From a virus, in the IMG/VR virus record IMGVR_UViG_3300043464_000933, positions 1 through 40,932 of that record: a DNA stretch of 40,932 nucleotides; one strand, given 5' to 3'. Shown one piece after another: positions 7,080 to 14,412 of the stretch (the first letter of the stretch is position 1; each line of letters begins with the position of its first letter). The notes beneath the pieces were generated by a model that saw only the letters and a list, made by a program, of their open reading frames with translations, did no database searches and was not told the origin of the DNA. Made by a program: the position numbers and the translations under genes.

Positions 7080-7790
7080 TCAACTATTTAAAATTGCCTC
7101 AATCTCAGCCCTGATTGGGTCGAAGTCTGGTTGCCTGATGGCATGGCTCCAAAACTGCTTAACTGGGTTGTCATACAACTCGGTTACAAGTTCTGTGTTG
7201 AGAAAGTTTATAGAGCTGTCACAATCGAATAGCCATGAACCTAAGGCGTTATACTCTGAGAAGGCCGTCTGCTTCTCCATGTACTTCTTGAGCCTGTTAG
7301 CACCCCTGTAGTCATCGACAAAGGCTTTCAAGGATACTGACTTGACAGAAAGGGGCAAACGCCTCATAAACTCGAAGTCTACCTGTTTCTTCCTGAACTT
7401 TTCCGTGGGCTGCTTCCAGCAGATAGCATCTCCAACCAGTTCATAGCGGGTGTAGTACCAAGGCCATGTCTGCGGTTCATATTCCGACATACGTCTGGTA
7501 AACAAGCAGTCTGAATCCATGAACAGAATCTGGCAACTTGGTGTGATATTGAACCGATTGGCAAAGGTTAGCTTGCGCCACTGTTGGCCGATGTAGTCAT
7601 TCTTCCACGGCATGCAGGTAGTAATCTTCAGGTTGTGGTTCTGAAGTTGAAAGTTAGGCATGTCCTGGGCGGGCATTGCCAATTCCAGAATGACATCGCA
7701 TTGATGGTAAACATATTTGTCAATGCTCTGAAGTGACCAAGCCAACCATTCAAGGTCGGCTTGGCTTGAGGTGATGTAGATGGTCAGCAT
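7080..7790 (-). CDS. hypothetical protein, possible nucleotide-sugar transferase (236 aa)
   Basis: ATG at 7790 overlaps the upstream stop (TAATG). The only hint of function is a DxD-like LFMDSDCLF motif after an N-terminal beta-alpha-like segment, so the assignment is weak. Confidence 0.3.
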   Translation of the reverse strand: MLTIYITSSQADLEWLAWSLQSIDKYVYHQCDVILELAMPAQDMPNFQLQNHNLKITTCMPWKNDYIGQQWRKLTFANRFNITPSCQILFMDSDCLFTRRMSEYEPQTWPWYYTRYELVGDAICWKQPTEKFRKKQVDFEFMRRLPLSVKSVSLKAFVDDYRGANRLKKYMEKQTAFSEYNALGSWLFDCDSSINFLNTELVTELYDNPVKQFWSHAIRQPDFDPIRAEIEAILNS

Positions 7791-8467
7791 TAGAATGGCA
7801 GTTCTTCGACTTGTGCAGATTGCATGAAGTTATCAAACTCAGATGCACCAGGGTTCATTGGCGGTATTGGCTGAGCTGCTGGTTCCTTTTGAGCCGCAAC
7901 TGCTTTGGCTGCAAGTGCCTTGTATTCCTTGCTGCTTTCTATTTTTTCCCGAATAAATTGGGGAAGTATTTCGAAGAACATCCAATCGGGGTTGTCATAT
8001 TCCCACTTAACAGTGGGATTGACCTGTGGAGGGCAAACCATTCCCTTGGGCATTGGGGTTATTCCAGCAATTTTTTCATACACGCTGCCCTTCTTGCTGG
8101 TTTCGTGAATGATGTTAAGCATGCAAGGAACGCCTAAAAGCTTAGTAATGTCAAAGCATTTTGCTTCGTCCTCAGTGAAGGCTTTGCCCCTCCAGCTTTG
8201 CAGCATGGCACGAAGCGTTGCCTTTTCGTTCATACTCAGGGTAAACTCTTTGGAAGTCACCATAGGCTGTTCTCCGTTTTCTTCTTTGAACACCCGTAGT
8301 TCAGTTGGAAGTTCCCAACCGATTCTCACTTTGTTTAGGAGTTTCTCCTCGCCCATGATGTTTTCGGTAACTGATCCGATATGGATCATCTGGTAGCATC
8401 TCGCTACATAATTGCCTGCTGGGATTAGTTCCCTCGGCTTGCCTTCGTTTGTTGCGTTAATCGCCAT
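7790..8467 (-). CDS. putative ssDNA-binding protein (DUF669-like, 225 aa)
   Basis: Sits in the replication module. A low-complexity Ala/Pro/Gln linker is followed by an acidic C-terminal tip, ...SAQVEELPF, resembling the D-(I/L)-P-F tip of bacterial SSBs. Confidence 0.45.
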   Translation of the reverse strand: MAINATNEGKPRELIPAGNYVARCYQMIHIGSVTENIMGEEKLLNKVRIGWELPTELRVFKEENGEQPMVTSKEFTLSMNEKATLRAMLQSWRGKAFTEDEAKCFDITKLLGVPCMLNIIHETSKKGSVYEKIAGITPMPKGMVCPPQVNPTVKWEYDNPDWMFFEILPQFIREKIESSKEYKALAAKAVAAQKEPAAQPIPPMNPGASEFDNFMQSAQVEELPF

Positions 8468-8513
8468 ATTGATTTGAAATTAAGTTGCGGTTTGAAAAGT
8501 TTTGAATGGGGCA

Positions 8514-8720
8514 TTAAGCCCCTTGTTTTGTTATTGTAAAGTTTTTTAGCTTTGAATATTGAGCAAGAGTGCCAAAGCTGTTCCTGAAACCGTTTTCGGT
8601 ATACCAGCTTACTTGCTCTACCCTACCAACTTTAATTGAAACACTTGCTCCAATTTTATTTGTAAATGAAATAACATCTCCTTGCTGTATTCCAAAAATG
8701 TTTGTTAATTGAGTTGCCAT
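8514..8720 (-). CDS. hypothetical protein (68 aa)
   Basis: The internal ATG at 8720 (MATQLTNIF...) is preferred, because the conserved promoter and leader cassette occupies 8731..8797, inside the longer track ORF. Confidence 0.5.
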   Translation of the reverse strand: MATQLTNIFGIQQGDVISFTNKIGASVSIKVGRVEQVSWYTENGFRNSFGTLAQYSKLKNFTITKQGA

Positions 8721-8758
8721 TGTCTTTGCGTTTTTGATTTGTAATTGTTTCAACGGCT

Positions 8759-8789
8759 CAAAGGTACAAAACGGTTTCACATTTGCAAA
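8759..8789 (-). promoter_or_regulatory. Bacteroidota sigma-A-type promoter (TTTG-N19-TACCTTTG)
   Basis: Minus strand: TTTG at 8789..8786, exactly 19 nt, then TACCTTTG at 8766..8759. Paralogous to the cassette at 7031..7069. Confidence 0.6.
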
Positions 8790-8819
8790 ACTATTTTAAA
8801 AATAATTATAACTTTTTTT

Positions 8820-9224
8820 TCACCGCCCCCAAACCATCATGGCTGCATCTCTGGCGTGTACGCTGGACTTCTTCATGTAGCCAGTCAATTGATTGAAGTT
8901 GGTCTGGTTCATTTTCAAGCCCTTGATGTTGGCTGGGCTTAGTTCCACGAACTCAATTTTGTAGCTTATGAACACTTCCTTCCAGATGGCAAAGTCACGC
9001 TTTATACTGCCTGCTCCCTGTAGCTTTTCACGGCCTGTGGCTCCAAACCACTTGCGAAGGTTGGGGTTTTCAATGTAAACCTTGATTGTTTCCGTTTCGT
9101 GCAACTTTCGGACCATGTCAATGGCTGCGATGATTGTCAGGGTATGCAGTTCAAAGTCTTTGCGATTTCGGTAAACGCAAAGCCCAGTGTCTGTGCCTGG
9201 GTCAATGGCAATTAGTGTTTTCAT
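8820..9224 (-). CDS. RuvC-like Holliday junction resolvase (134 aa)
   Basis: N-terminal IAIDPGTDTG, YIENP, and C-terminal HARDAAMM match the RuvC-fold catalytic pattern. ATG overlaps the DnaB stop (ATGA). Confidence 0.7.
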   Translation of the reverse strand: MKTLIAIDPGTDTGLCVYRNRKDFELHTLTIIAAIDMVRKLHETETIKVYIENPNLRKWFGATGREKLQGAGSIKRDFAIWKEVFISYKIEFVELSPANIKGLKMNQTNFNQLTGYMKKSSVHARDAAMMVWGR

Positions 9225-10660
9225 CCTTCGTCAAAAAAGCTAAGGTTCTTTTTTTCTTTAAGTATCGAGGCTTTCTCATCAAGGCTAACCTCTTGGTAGT
9301 TGCTTATTAGCTGGCTTGATAGGTTGTAAGTTAGCCAGATTTCTGCAAGTGATCCTGAACGGTTTTTAAGTGGAATGGCTACCAGAAGGTTCTTCGTGTT
9401 GCAATCGCTGTATGTGTTTATGTTGTAGTAGGCTGGCCGATACAATCCAAAGATGATATTCCCGTATTGCTCAATCTCCCCTGAATCACGTAGGTGGCTT
9501 AGGTTAGGTATCTTGTTTGTCGTTTCTTCCACCTTACGGCTCAACTGGCAAAGTAGAATGATTGGCACGTTTAAGTCCTTTGCCGTTTGCTTCAAGACAG
9601 CGCAAACTTCGCCAATTTCGTTGTTACGGTTTGGCATCTTGCTTTTTGAGGCCGATTGAACCATTTGAAGGTAATCAACAAAAAACACTTTACACCCTTG
9701 GTCGTGCATGGCAAATAGTTTTTGCCTGATTTGCTGTTCGTTTGGCCTACTTGTGCTGTCGAAGGTTATGTTAAGCTCGTAGGCTTTGCCAAGTGCTTCA
9801 TTGATTTTGTGTTCTTTGCCTTCCATACCTACGAAACGCTTAATGTCCATCGTGTCCAGCCCTGAGTACATTCCTACAATCCTGTCCATTATTTCACCTG
9901 GACCGTTTACCTTCATCTCCATTGTGAGAAACCCGACACCTACCTTTTCGGCCATCTTGCAGGCCAGGTTGATGGCAAATGCTGTCTTGCCCATCCCTGG
10001 TCTTGCAGCTATGATAATAAGCTCACCAGGTACTGCACCTCCTGTAGCCTCGTTCAATGCCCGATAGCCGTAATCAATTCCTGTAATGCCTTGCTGATTT
10101 TTTCGGGCAAATATTTCTTTGGCCGCCTCTGCTACGGCTTCCTTCATCGTCATCTGGTTACCATTATTCACGCCTTCAAATAATCCGCTGATTGACTTAG
10201 CCGCTTCCTGCATCGCATCAAATGCGTCCGTTTCTGGCTGATAGCAAGACTGTTCAGTTTGCATCGCAATATGAATCAGGCTGCGCTTAATGTAGTGTTC
10301 GTAAATAATCTGGATGTGCTGGTCGATGTGTGCTGAACTGTTTACCCCTCTGGTTAATTGCGTAAGTGCAGACAGGCCGCCAACGGTTTCTAATTGCTTG
10401 TTTTCTTTAAGCTTGGCCATTACGGTTAGCAAGTCAACCTTGCCGCCATCCTTGACAATCTCAACAATAGATTCAGCTATGTGTTGATGTGTATCGAAGT
10501 AGAATATTTCAGGCTTGAATAATCCGCCAGTTGCCTTCATTGCCAGCTTGCTTTCAATTAAGATAGCACCTAATACGGCTCGTTCCAGTTCAATGTCCTG
10601 AGGGGGCATTTTGCCGCCTAATTGCAGTAGCAGGTTTTGGTTTTGATTGTTTTTTCTCAT
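9221..10660 (-). CDS. dnaB: replicative DNA helicase DnaB (479 aa)
   Basis: DnaB N-terminal signature PPQDIELERAVLGAILIE, Walker A ARPGMGKTAFAINLA, and typical length. Confidence 0.9.
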   Translation of the reverse strand: MRKNNQNQNLLLQLGGKMPPQDIELERAVLGAILIESKLAMKATGGLFKPEIFYFDTHQHIAESIVEIVKDGGKVDLLTVMAKLKENKQLETVGGLSALTQLTRGVNSSAHIDQHIQIIYEHYIKRSLIHIAMQTEQSCYQPETDAFDAMQEAAKSISGLFEGVNNGNQMTMKEAVAEAAKEIFARKNQQGITGIDYGYRALNEATGGAVPGELIIIAARPGMGKTAFAINLACKMAEKVGVGFLTMEMKVNGPGEIMDRIVGMYSGLDTMDIKRFVGMEGKEHKINEALGKAYELNITFDSTSRPNEQQIRQKLFAMHDQGCKVFFVDYLQMVQSASKSKMPNRNNEIGEVCAVLKQTAKDLNVPIILLCQLSRKVEETTNKIPNLSHLRDSGEIEQYGNIIFGLYRPAYYNINTYSDCNTKNLLVAIPLKNRSGSLAEIWLTYNLSSQLISNYQEVSLDEKASILKEKKNLSFFDEG

Positions 10661-11469
10661 TTTAACACTTTTCGATTAGATTCCGTTTCTTTTTCATTTT
10701 GTGATTGTCCTGTAAAATTCTTTTCAAAGTTCGTCCTAACCCACCTTTGCAGCCTTAGCGAAGTTGACCAGGTTTTTTCCAAGTTAAACCTGTGCCTTCC
10801 ACTTGCTGCTGGTTCCCTCCAGTAATCGTAGAACGCTCGGCAAATGTCTTTTGTCAACCCTTGAATTTCGCCTGACTCCAAATGGCTTTTAATGTCTGCC
10901 ATTAGTTCTAATTCGCTCCATTGCTTGTAACTTTTTTGGGAGGCAATTTTTGGCGGGGCGGGCGCAATAAATGAATTTTCAGGATTGGTATTTAGGTAAG
11001 GGGTTGGTTCATCATTTGTTGTTTGATTTTCTAAATTTTTAAACTGGGGTGGGTGCGGCAAAAACTCGTTTTTTGCTTCCCCCATATTTTTATTATTAAG
11101 TTTAATATTATATTTAATATTATGTTCGGCATTTTTGCCGATAGGTATAGGCATTTTTGCCGATACCCTCTCGGCATTTTTGCCGATAGGTATAGGCATT
11201 TTTGCCGATAGGTAAATACGCCTTGCATTGCCTTGTTCAATGTTCGGCTCAGAATCTATAAACCCTTCTTTTTTTAAGCACGCTATCCACCTGCTAATGG
11301 TGTCAGCACTCTTTTGATACAGTTCAGCAAAGTAAGAATTGCTTGCCCAGCAGTAGCCTTTTTCGTTGCACAGGCAGGTGATTTCGCCAAAGAGCAACTT
11401 GGCTCCATCTGGGAGGTTGGGGTTATACCTCACATCGGCAGGTATAACAGCGTAATAGGACTTGTTCAT
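10657..11469 (-). CDS. replication initiator / replisome organiser with N-terminal winged-helix (HTH_36-like) domain (270 aa)
   Basis: N-terminus YYAVIPADVRYNPNLPDGAKLLFGEITCLCNEKGYCWASNSYFAELYQKSADTISRWIACLKKEGFI. The linker is encoded by the iteron DNA (SAKMPIPIGKNAE twice). It lies directly upstream of dnaB. Confidence 0.7.
   Translation of the reverse strand: MNKSYYAVIPADVRYNPNLPDGAKLLFGEITCLCNEKGYCWASNSYFAELYQKSADTISRWIACLKKEGFIDSEPNIEQGNARRIYLSAKMPIPIGKNAERVSAKMPIPIGKNAEHNIKYNIKLNNKNMGEAKNEFLPHPPQFKNLENQTTNDEPTPYLNTNPENSFIAPAPPKIASQKSYKQWSELELMADIKSHLESGEIQGLTKDICRAFYDYWREPAASGRHRFNLEKTWSTSLRLQRWVRTNFEKNFTGQSQNEKETESNRKVLK
11084..11210. repeat. candidate origin of replication: AT-rich tract plus four iterons inside the initiator gene
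   Basis: GGCATTTTTGCCGATA occurs at 11128, 11150, 11173 and 11195 (22-23 bp phasing). Each copy contains the palindrome GGCA-N4-TGCC. The iterons are flanked by AT-rich 11084..11126, which includes TTTAATATTAT twice (11101 and 11113). Confidence 0.65.
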
Positions 11470-11478
11470 AAAAACAAA

Positions 11479-11544
11479 CCTCCCCTACCGTTGGCCTGTT
11501 GGTAACACCCAAATTCGGGGGTACAGGTTAATAAGCAGGGGAGG
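11479..11544 (-). other. long imperfect hairpin plus U-tract abutting the initiator start codon
   Basis: CCTCCCCT (11479-86) pairs with AGGGGAGG (11537-44). Nested pairs: CCTGT/ACAGG and ACCC/GGGT. On the minus strand the hairpin is followed by TTTGTTTTT and then the ATG at 11469. Confidence 0.4.
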
Positions 11545-11617
11545 CTGTTAAAGTTTTTCATTTGAATTTTATTAAACCCAGTTACCAATTGGGGGCGTTA
11601 AGCCGTTACAAATATAG

Positions 11618-12493
11618 TTAATTGCGATTGAAAACTATTCTGTCGCTTATGTTTATTGGCATAGGCATCTGTTCTTTATTTTGGTCGTATGAAATCCTTG
11701 CGTTCTGTTTATTCATCAGGTAGTTGTTGAAGGTCTTAACCAGATAGGCATGAAAGTAGGTGGCCTTGATGGTGTTTCTGGTTACCTTTGAGTTTATCAT
11801 CATTGACCTAAATTGTTGAAACGCATGGATTTCTGTACTGCCTCCAAGCAGTTTTTCAAAAAATGTCCTTGCAATTTCATCCGATGAATAATTTTCAAAA
11901 TACATCGCATAGGCTGCTATTTTTGAATTTGTTACCAGATTGTTGAGCAATGCTGCTGTCCTATGTGACCACTTAGTCAGGTCTTGCAGGTAATCAGGTT
12001 TTTTATTGTAAAAATCCAATATATCCTGATTAGTAACTTTATGCACCTTATTAATCGAACCTGAATAGTTGTTTCTTTCGAGCAGTAAAAACAACCTAAT
12101 TGATGCTGCAATGGATGTGTCGTTTTTTACTCCTTGAATAGACAACACATCTGCACCGTTCCTGTTCTTTCCCGTGTCGATGGTGTCAAATACATCATCA
12201 TCAAGGTTGGTCACCAAAAGTATAGGGATAGCTATGTTAGCCTTAACAATGGCATGACAACGATTTTGTCCATCAAGCAACCTGCCAGATTTACTGACCT
12301 TTATGGTTTCTCCGTTATTCTTCCATTTGTTGTTTGTGATTTCATTAGCATAGTGAGCCACTCGGTCAGGTACTAACCTCCTGTTTTGGTGATTCAATGA
12401 AATCAAATAATTGGCGTAATCGGGGTCACAGATAATGTTTTGAGCCACGACCTGTGAATGGTAATTGATTGTTGGTTTTTTCATTTTTAACAT
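11618..12493 (-). CDS. ParB/Srx-like N-terminal domain protein (291 aa)
   Basis: The motif GRLLDGQNRCHAIV (DGQHR-like) lies in the N-terminal third. AT-rich gene. An alternative start, MKKP, is at 12484. Confidence 0.5.
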   Translation of the reverse strand: MLKMKKPTINYHSQVVAQNIICDPDYANYLISLNHQNRRLVPDRVAHYANEITNNKWKNNGETIKVSKSGRLLDGQNRCHAIVKANIAIPILLVTNLDDDVFDTIDTGKNRNGADVLSIQGVKNDTSIAASIRLFLLLERNNYSGSINKVHKVTNQDILDFYNKKPDYLQDLTKWSHRTAALLNNLVTNSKIAAYAMYFENYSSDEIARTFFEKLLGGSTEIHAFQQFRSMMINSKVTRNTIKATYFHAYLVKTFNNYLMNKQNARISYDQNKEQMPMPINISDRIVFNRN

Positions 12494-12768
12494 AACTTTT
12501 GGTTTTGAATTTTCAATTGATTTTCAGCTTCTTTCTTCTCCTTAAAAAACTCAGGCATGAAGTACCTGGCATACCGCTTCTTCTGCCCGACCATGACCAT
12601 CTCAATGGCATGGCCTGCGTTGCGTAAATCCCAAATCCTTGCACTTAGCCGAAAGCAGCCAAATACTTGAAGGGCTTGAATTGGCGTGATGGAGTTGCCA
12701 GTTTTTAAATGGTGCAGGATCATCTCCCTCTGGCTGTGGATGTCCTTTTCTTTTGGTTGTTCAATCAT
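12487..12768 (-). CDS. winged-helix DNA-binding protein (HTH_39-like, 93 aa)
   Basis: ITPIQALQVFGCFRLSARIWDLRNAGHAI matches the helix-turn-helix pattern of that family. It is the first gene of the leftward early operon, next to the divergent promoter region. Confidence 0.55.
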   Translation of the reverse strand: MIEQPKEKDIHSQREMILHHLKTGNSITPIQALQVFGCFRLSARIWDLRNAGHAIEMVMVGQKKRYARYFMPEFFKEKKEAENQLKIQNQKLC

Positions 12769-12784
12769 CGTTTTTAAATTAATT

Positions 12785-12815
12785 TTTGCAAATATAAATC
12801 TGTTTGATAACTTTG
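12785..12815 (+). promoter_or_regulatory. canonical Bacteroidota promoter (TTTG-N19-TAACTTTG), rightward
   Basis: TTTG at 12785-88, exactly 19 nt, then TAACTTTG at 12808-15. The ATG at 12843 follows after 27 nt. Confidence 0.65.
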
Positions 12816-12819
12816 CAAA
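12789..12819 (-). promoter_or_regulatory. canonical Bacteroidota promoter (TTTG-N19-TATATTTG), leftward, fully overlapping the rightward one
   Basis: Minus strand: TTTG at 12819..12816, exactly 19 nt, then TATATTTG at 12796..12789. The ATG at 12768 follows after 20 nt. Confidence 0.6.
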
Positions 12820-12842
12820 AAATAAATTAAATAATTTTACAA

Positions 12843-13067
12843 ATGGAAAAAACCATCAGCCACTTAACCTTGTTTGCGATGTGCAAAAAACACGGGTTTG
12901 CCTACCATAGGGTTAGGCGAAACATTGAACTGCTTGTGTCGCATCTTGACACGGTTACGCAAGATTCAAGGCTCATGATTGAGGACAACGCCAAAAACAA
13001 AAAGCTGTTGACAGCAGCCAATGCACCCAGGTTTTACAAAGATTTAAGAAAAAATGCAACCAATTAA
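12843..13067 (+). CDS. hypothetical protein (74 aa)
   Basis: ATG verified at 12843. First gene of the rightward cassette; it overlaps the start of the next gene. No motif recognised. Confidence 0.45.
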   Translation: MEKTISHLTLFAMCKKHGFAYHRVRRNIELLVSHLDTVTQDSRLMIEDNAKNKKLLTAANAPRFYKDLRKNATN

Positions 13068-13740
13068 AACAACCTATGGCTTTTGGGTAATTGACTCCGA
13101 CCAGTTTATTTCCCGTTGGGCGATTCAGGCAGGCAGGCTTGACCATGACCAAAACCTTCTGCCGCAAATTTTGAAGCACATACCCAAAGGCGGGATTGTA
13201 GTTGACCTTGGAGCCTACATAGGAGACCATACGGTGGCTTACAGCAGGGCTGTAGGCGTTAATGGGCTGGTTTTGGCAGTAGAGCCTAATGATGTGGCTT
13301 TTCGTTGCTTAGAATTGAATTGTGAGGCTTTAGTTTTATCTAATGTTAATTGCCTAAATATGGCAGCTGGCATATCATTGAGCAGCCAAGCAAAAATTGA
13401 TTGGGATGTAAATGTTGACAACCCAGGGGCAAGTAGGATTGTATCTGGTTCAGGGTCAAAAGACCTGTTTTTTTTAAACCAGTATAAAGGCGATGTTGAT
13501 TTTATCAAACTTGACATTGAAGGATGGGAACCTGCCTTTATTTATCAGAATTTTGATTACCTTGCCATGATTCACCCTACCATGGTTATCGAAGTAAACC
13601 ACGGACACCTTGCCCGAGCTGGTTCATCATTTAAGGAACTTTTGGAATTGCTGAATGACTTAGGCTATTCAGTTAGGAACATTTACGAATGGCAGCCGAT
13701 GGAAGGGGATCAGTTTGACATTTTAGCCTATATGCCATGA
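13054..13740 (+). CDS. FkbM-family methyltransferase (228 aa)
   Basis: SAM-binding VVDLGAYIGDHTV, LAVEPN, and the family-typical DFIKLDIEGWE block. Confidence 0.8.
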   Translation: MQPIKTTYGFWVIDSDQFISRWAIQAGRLDHDQNLLPQILKHIPKGGIVVDLGAYIGDHTVAYSRAVGVNGLVLAVEPNDVAFRCLELNCEALVLSNVNCLNMAAGISLSSQAKIDWDVNVDNPGASRIVSGSGSKDLFFLNQYKGDVDFIKLDIEGWEPAFIYQNFDYLAMIHPTMVIEVNHGHLARAGSSFKELLELLNDLGYSVRNIYEWQPMEGDQFDILAYMP

Positions 13741-14402
13741 CCAAAATTAACCTCCTAATTAACTGGTTCAATGAGGCCAAAAAGGAACGAGTGACAGAAT
13801 ATGTCAAGTGCCTAAGCCACGCTGTAACCAACCCAAACATTGACCAGATAATTATTTTGGCCGACAATTCCGTTAGGGTGTTCTTCCCGCCCAGCCCGAA
13901 AATCACAATCCTGAAGTACAAGGGCAAGTTTGAGCGGGTTGAAACGAACGCAATAAAGCCATCCAGACCAAGTGAGTTCAGGCCAACCTACAATGACTTC
14001 ATCCACGCAGCCAACTTTTATGCGGATGCCGAAACAATCAGCATAATTGCCAACACAGACCTAATTTATTCGGGGCTTGAGAAGCTAACTGGTTACACCT
14101 TCAAACCGTTTGAATGCCTTGAATTGAGCCGCTATGAAACCAATGGGGCAATAGTCAACACGGGAGAAGATGCATGGATTTTTAAGGGCAAAATTAACCC
14201 TTCAATGGACGTAGATTTCTACCTTGGGCAACTGGGCTGTGACTGGCTATTCACCAAGCGATTAAGGGAAGCAGGTTATAAGGTCAGGAACGTATCGCAG
14301 GACGTTCACGCCATCCATGTGCATGATTCTAAGGTAAGGAATTACAAGCCCCACAACACGCTATGTGTCGTTGACTTCCACACTAAGCCAGGGAAGTTGT
14401 AG
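13737..14402 (+). CDS. hypothetical protein, possible GT-A-like glycosyltransferase (221 aa)
   Basis: Translationally coupled to the FkbM gene (ATGA). The pattern IIANTDLIY ... GEDAWIF ... GQLGCDWLF...GYKVRNVS...HAIHVH resembles uncharacterised sugar-transferase-like families. Weak assignment. Confidence 0.3.
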   Translation: MTKINLLINWFNEAKKERVTEYVKCLSHAVTNPNIDQIIILADNSVRVFFPPSPKITILKYKGKFERVETNAIKPSRPSEFRPTYNDFIHAANFYADAETISIIANTDLIYSGLEKLTGYTFKPFECLELSRYETNGAIVNTGEDAWIFKGKINPSMDVDFYLGQLGCDWLFTKRLREAGYKVRNVSQDVHAIHVHDSKVRNYKPHNTLCVVDFHTKPGKL

Positions 14403-14412
14403 AGGTCAATAT

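Noticed and set aside
11128-11210. The four regularly spaced 16-bp repeats could be mistaken for a mini-CRISPR array.
   Set aside because: The repeats are too short, the spacers are 6-7 bp, the array lies inside a coding region, and no cas genes are present. An iteron-type origin explains them better.
11470-11617. A possible tRNA or small RNA gene in the 148-nt gap.
   Set aside because: There is no cloverleaf, no T-loop (GTTCRANNC) or D-loop consensus. The structure is a single long nested hairpin, so I report it as a regulatory hairpin instead.
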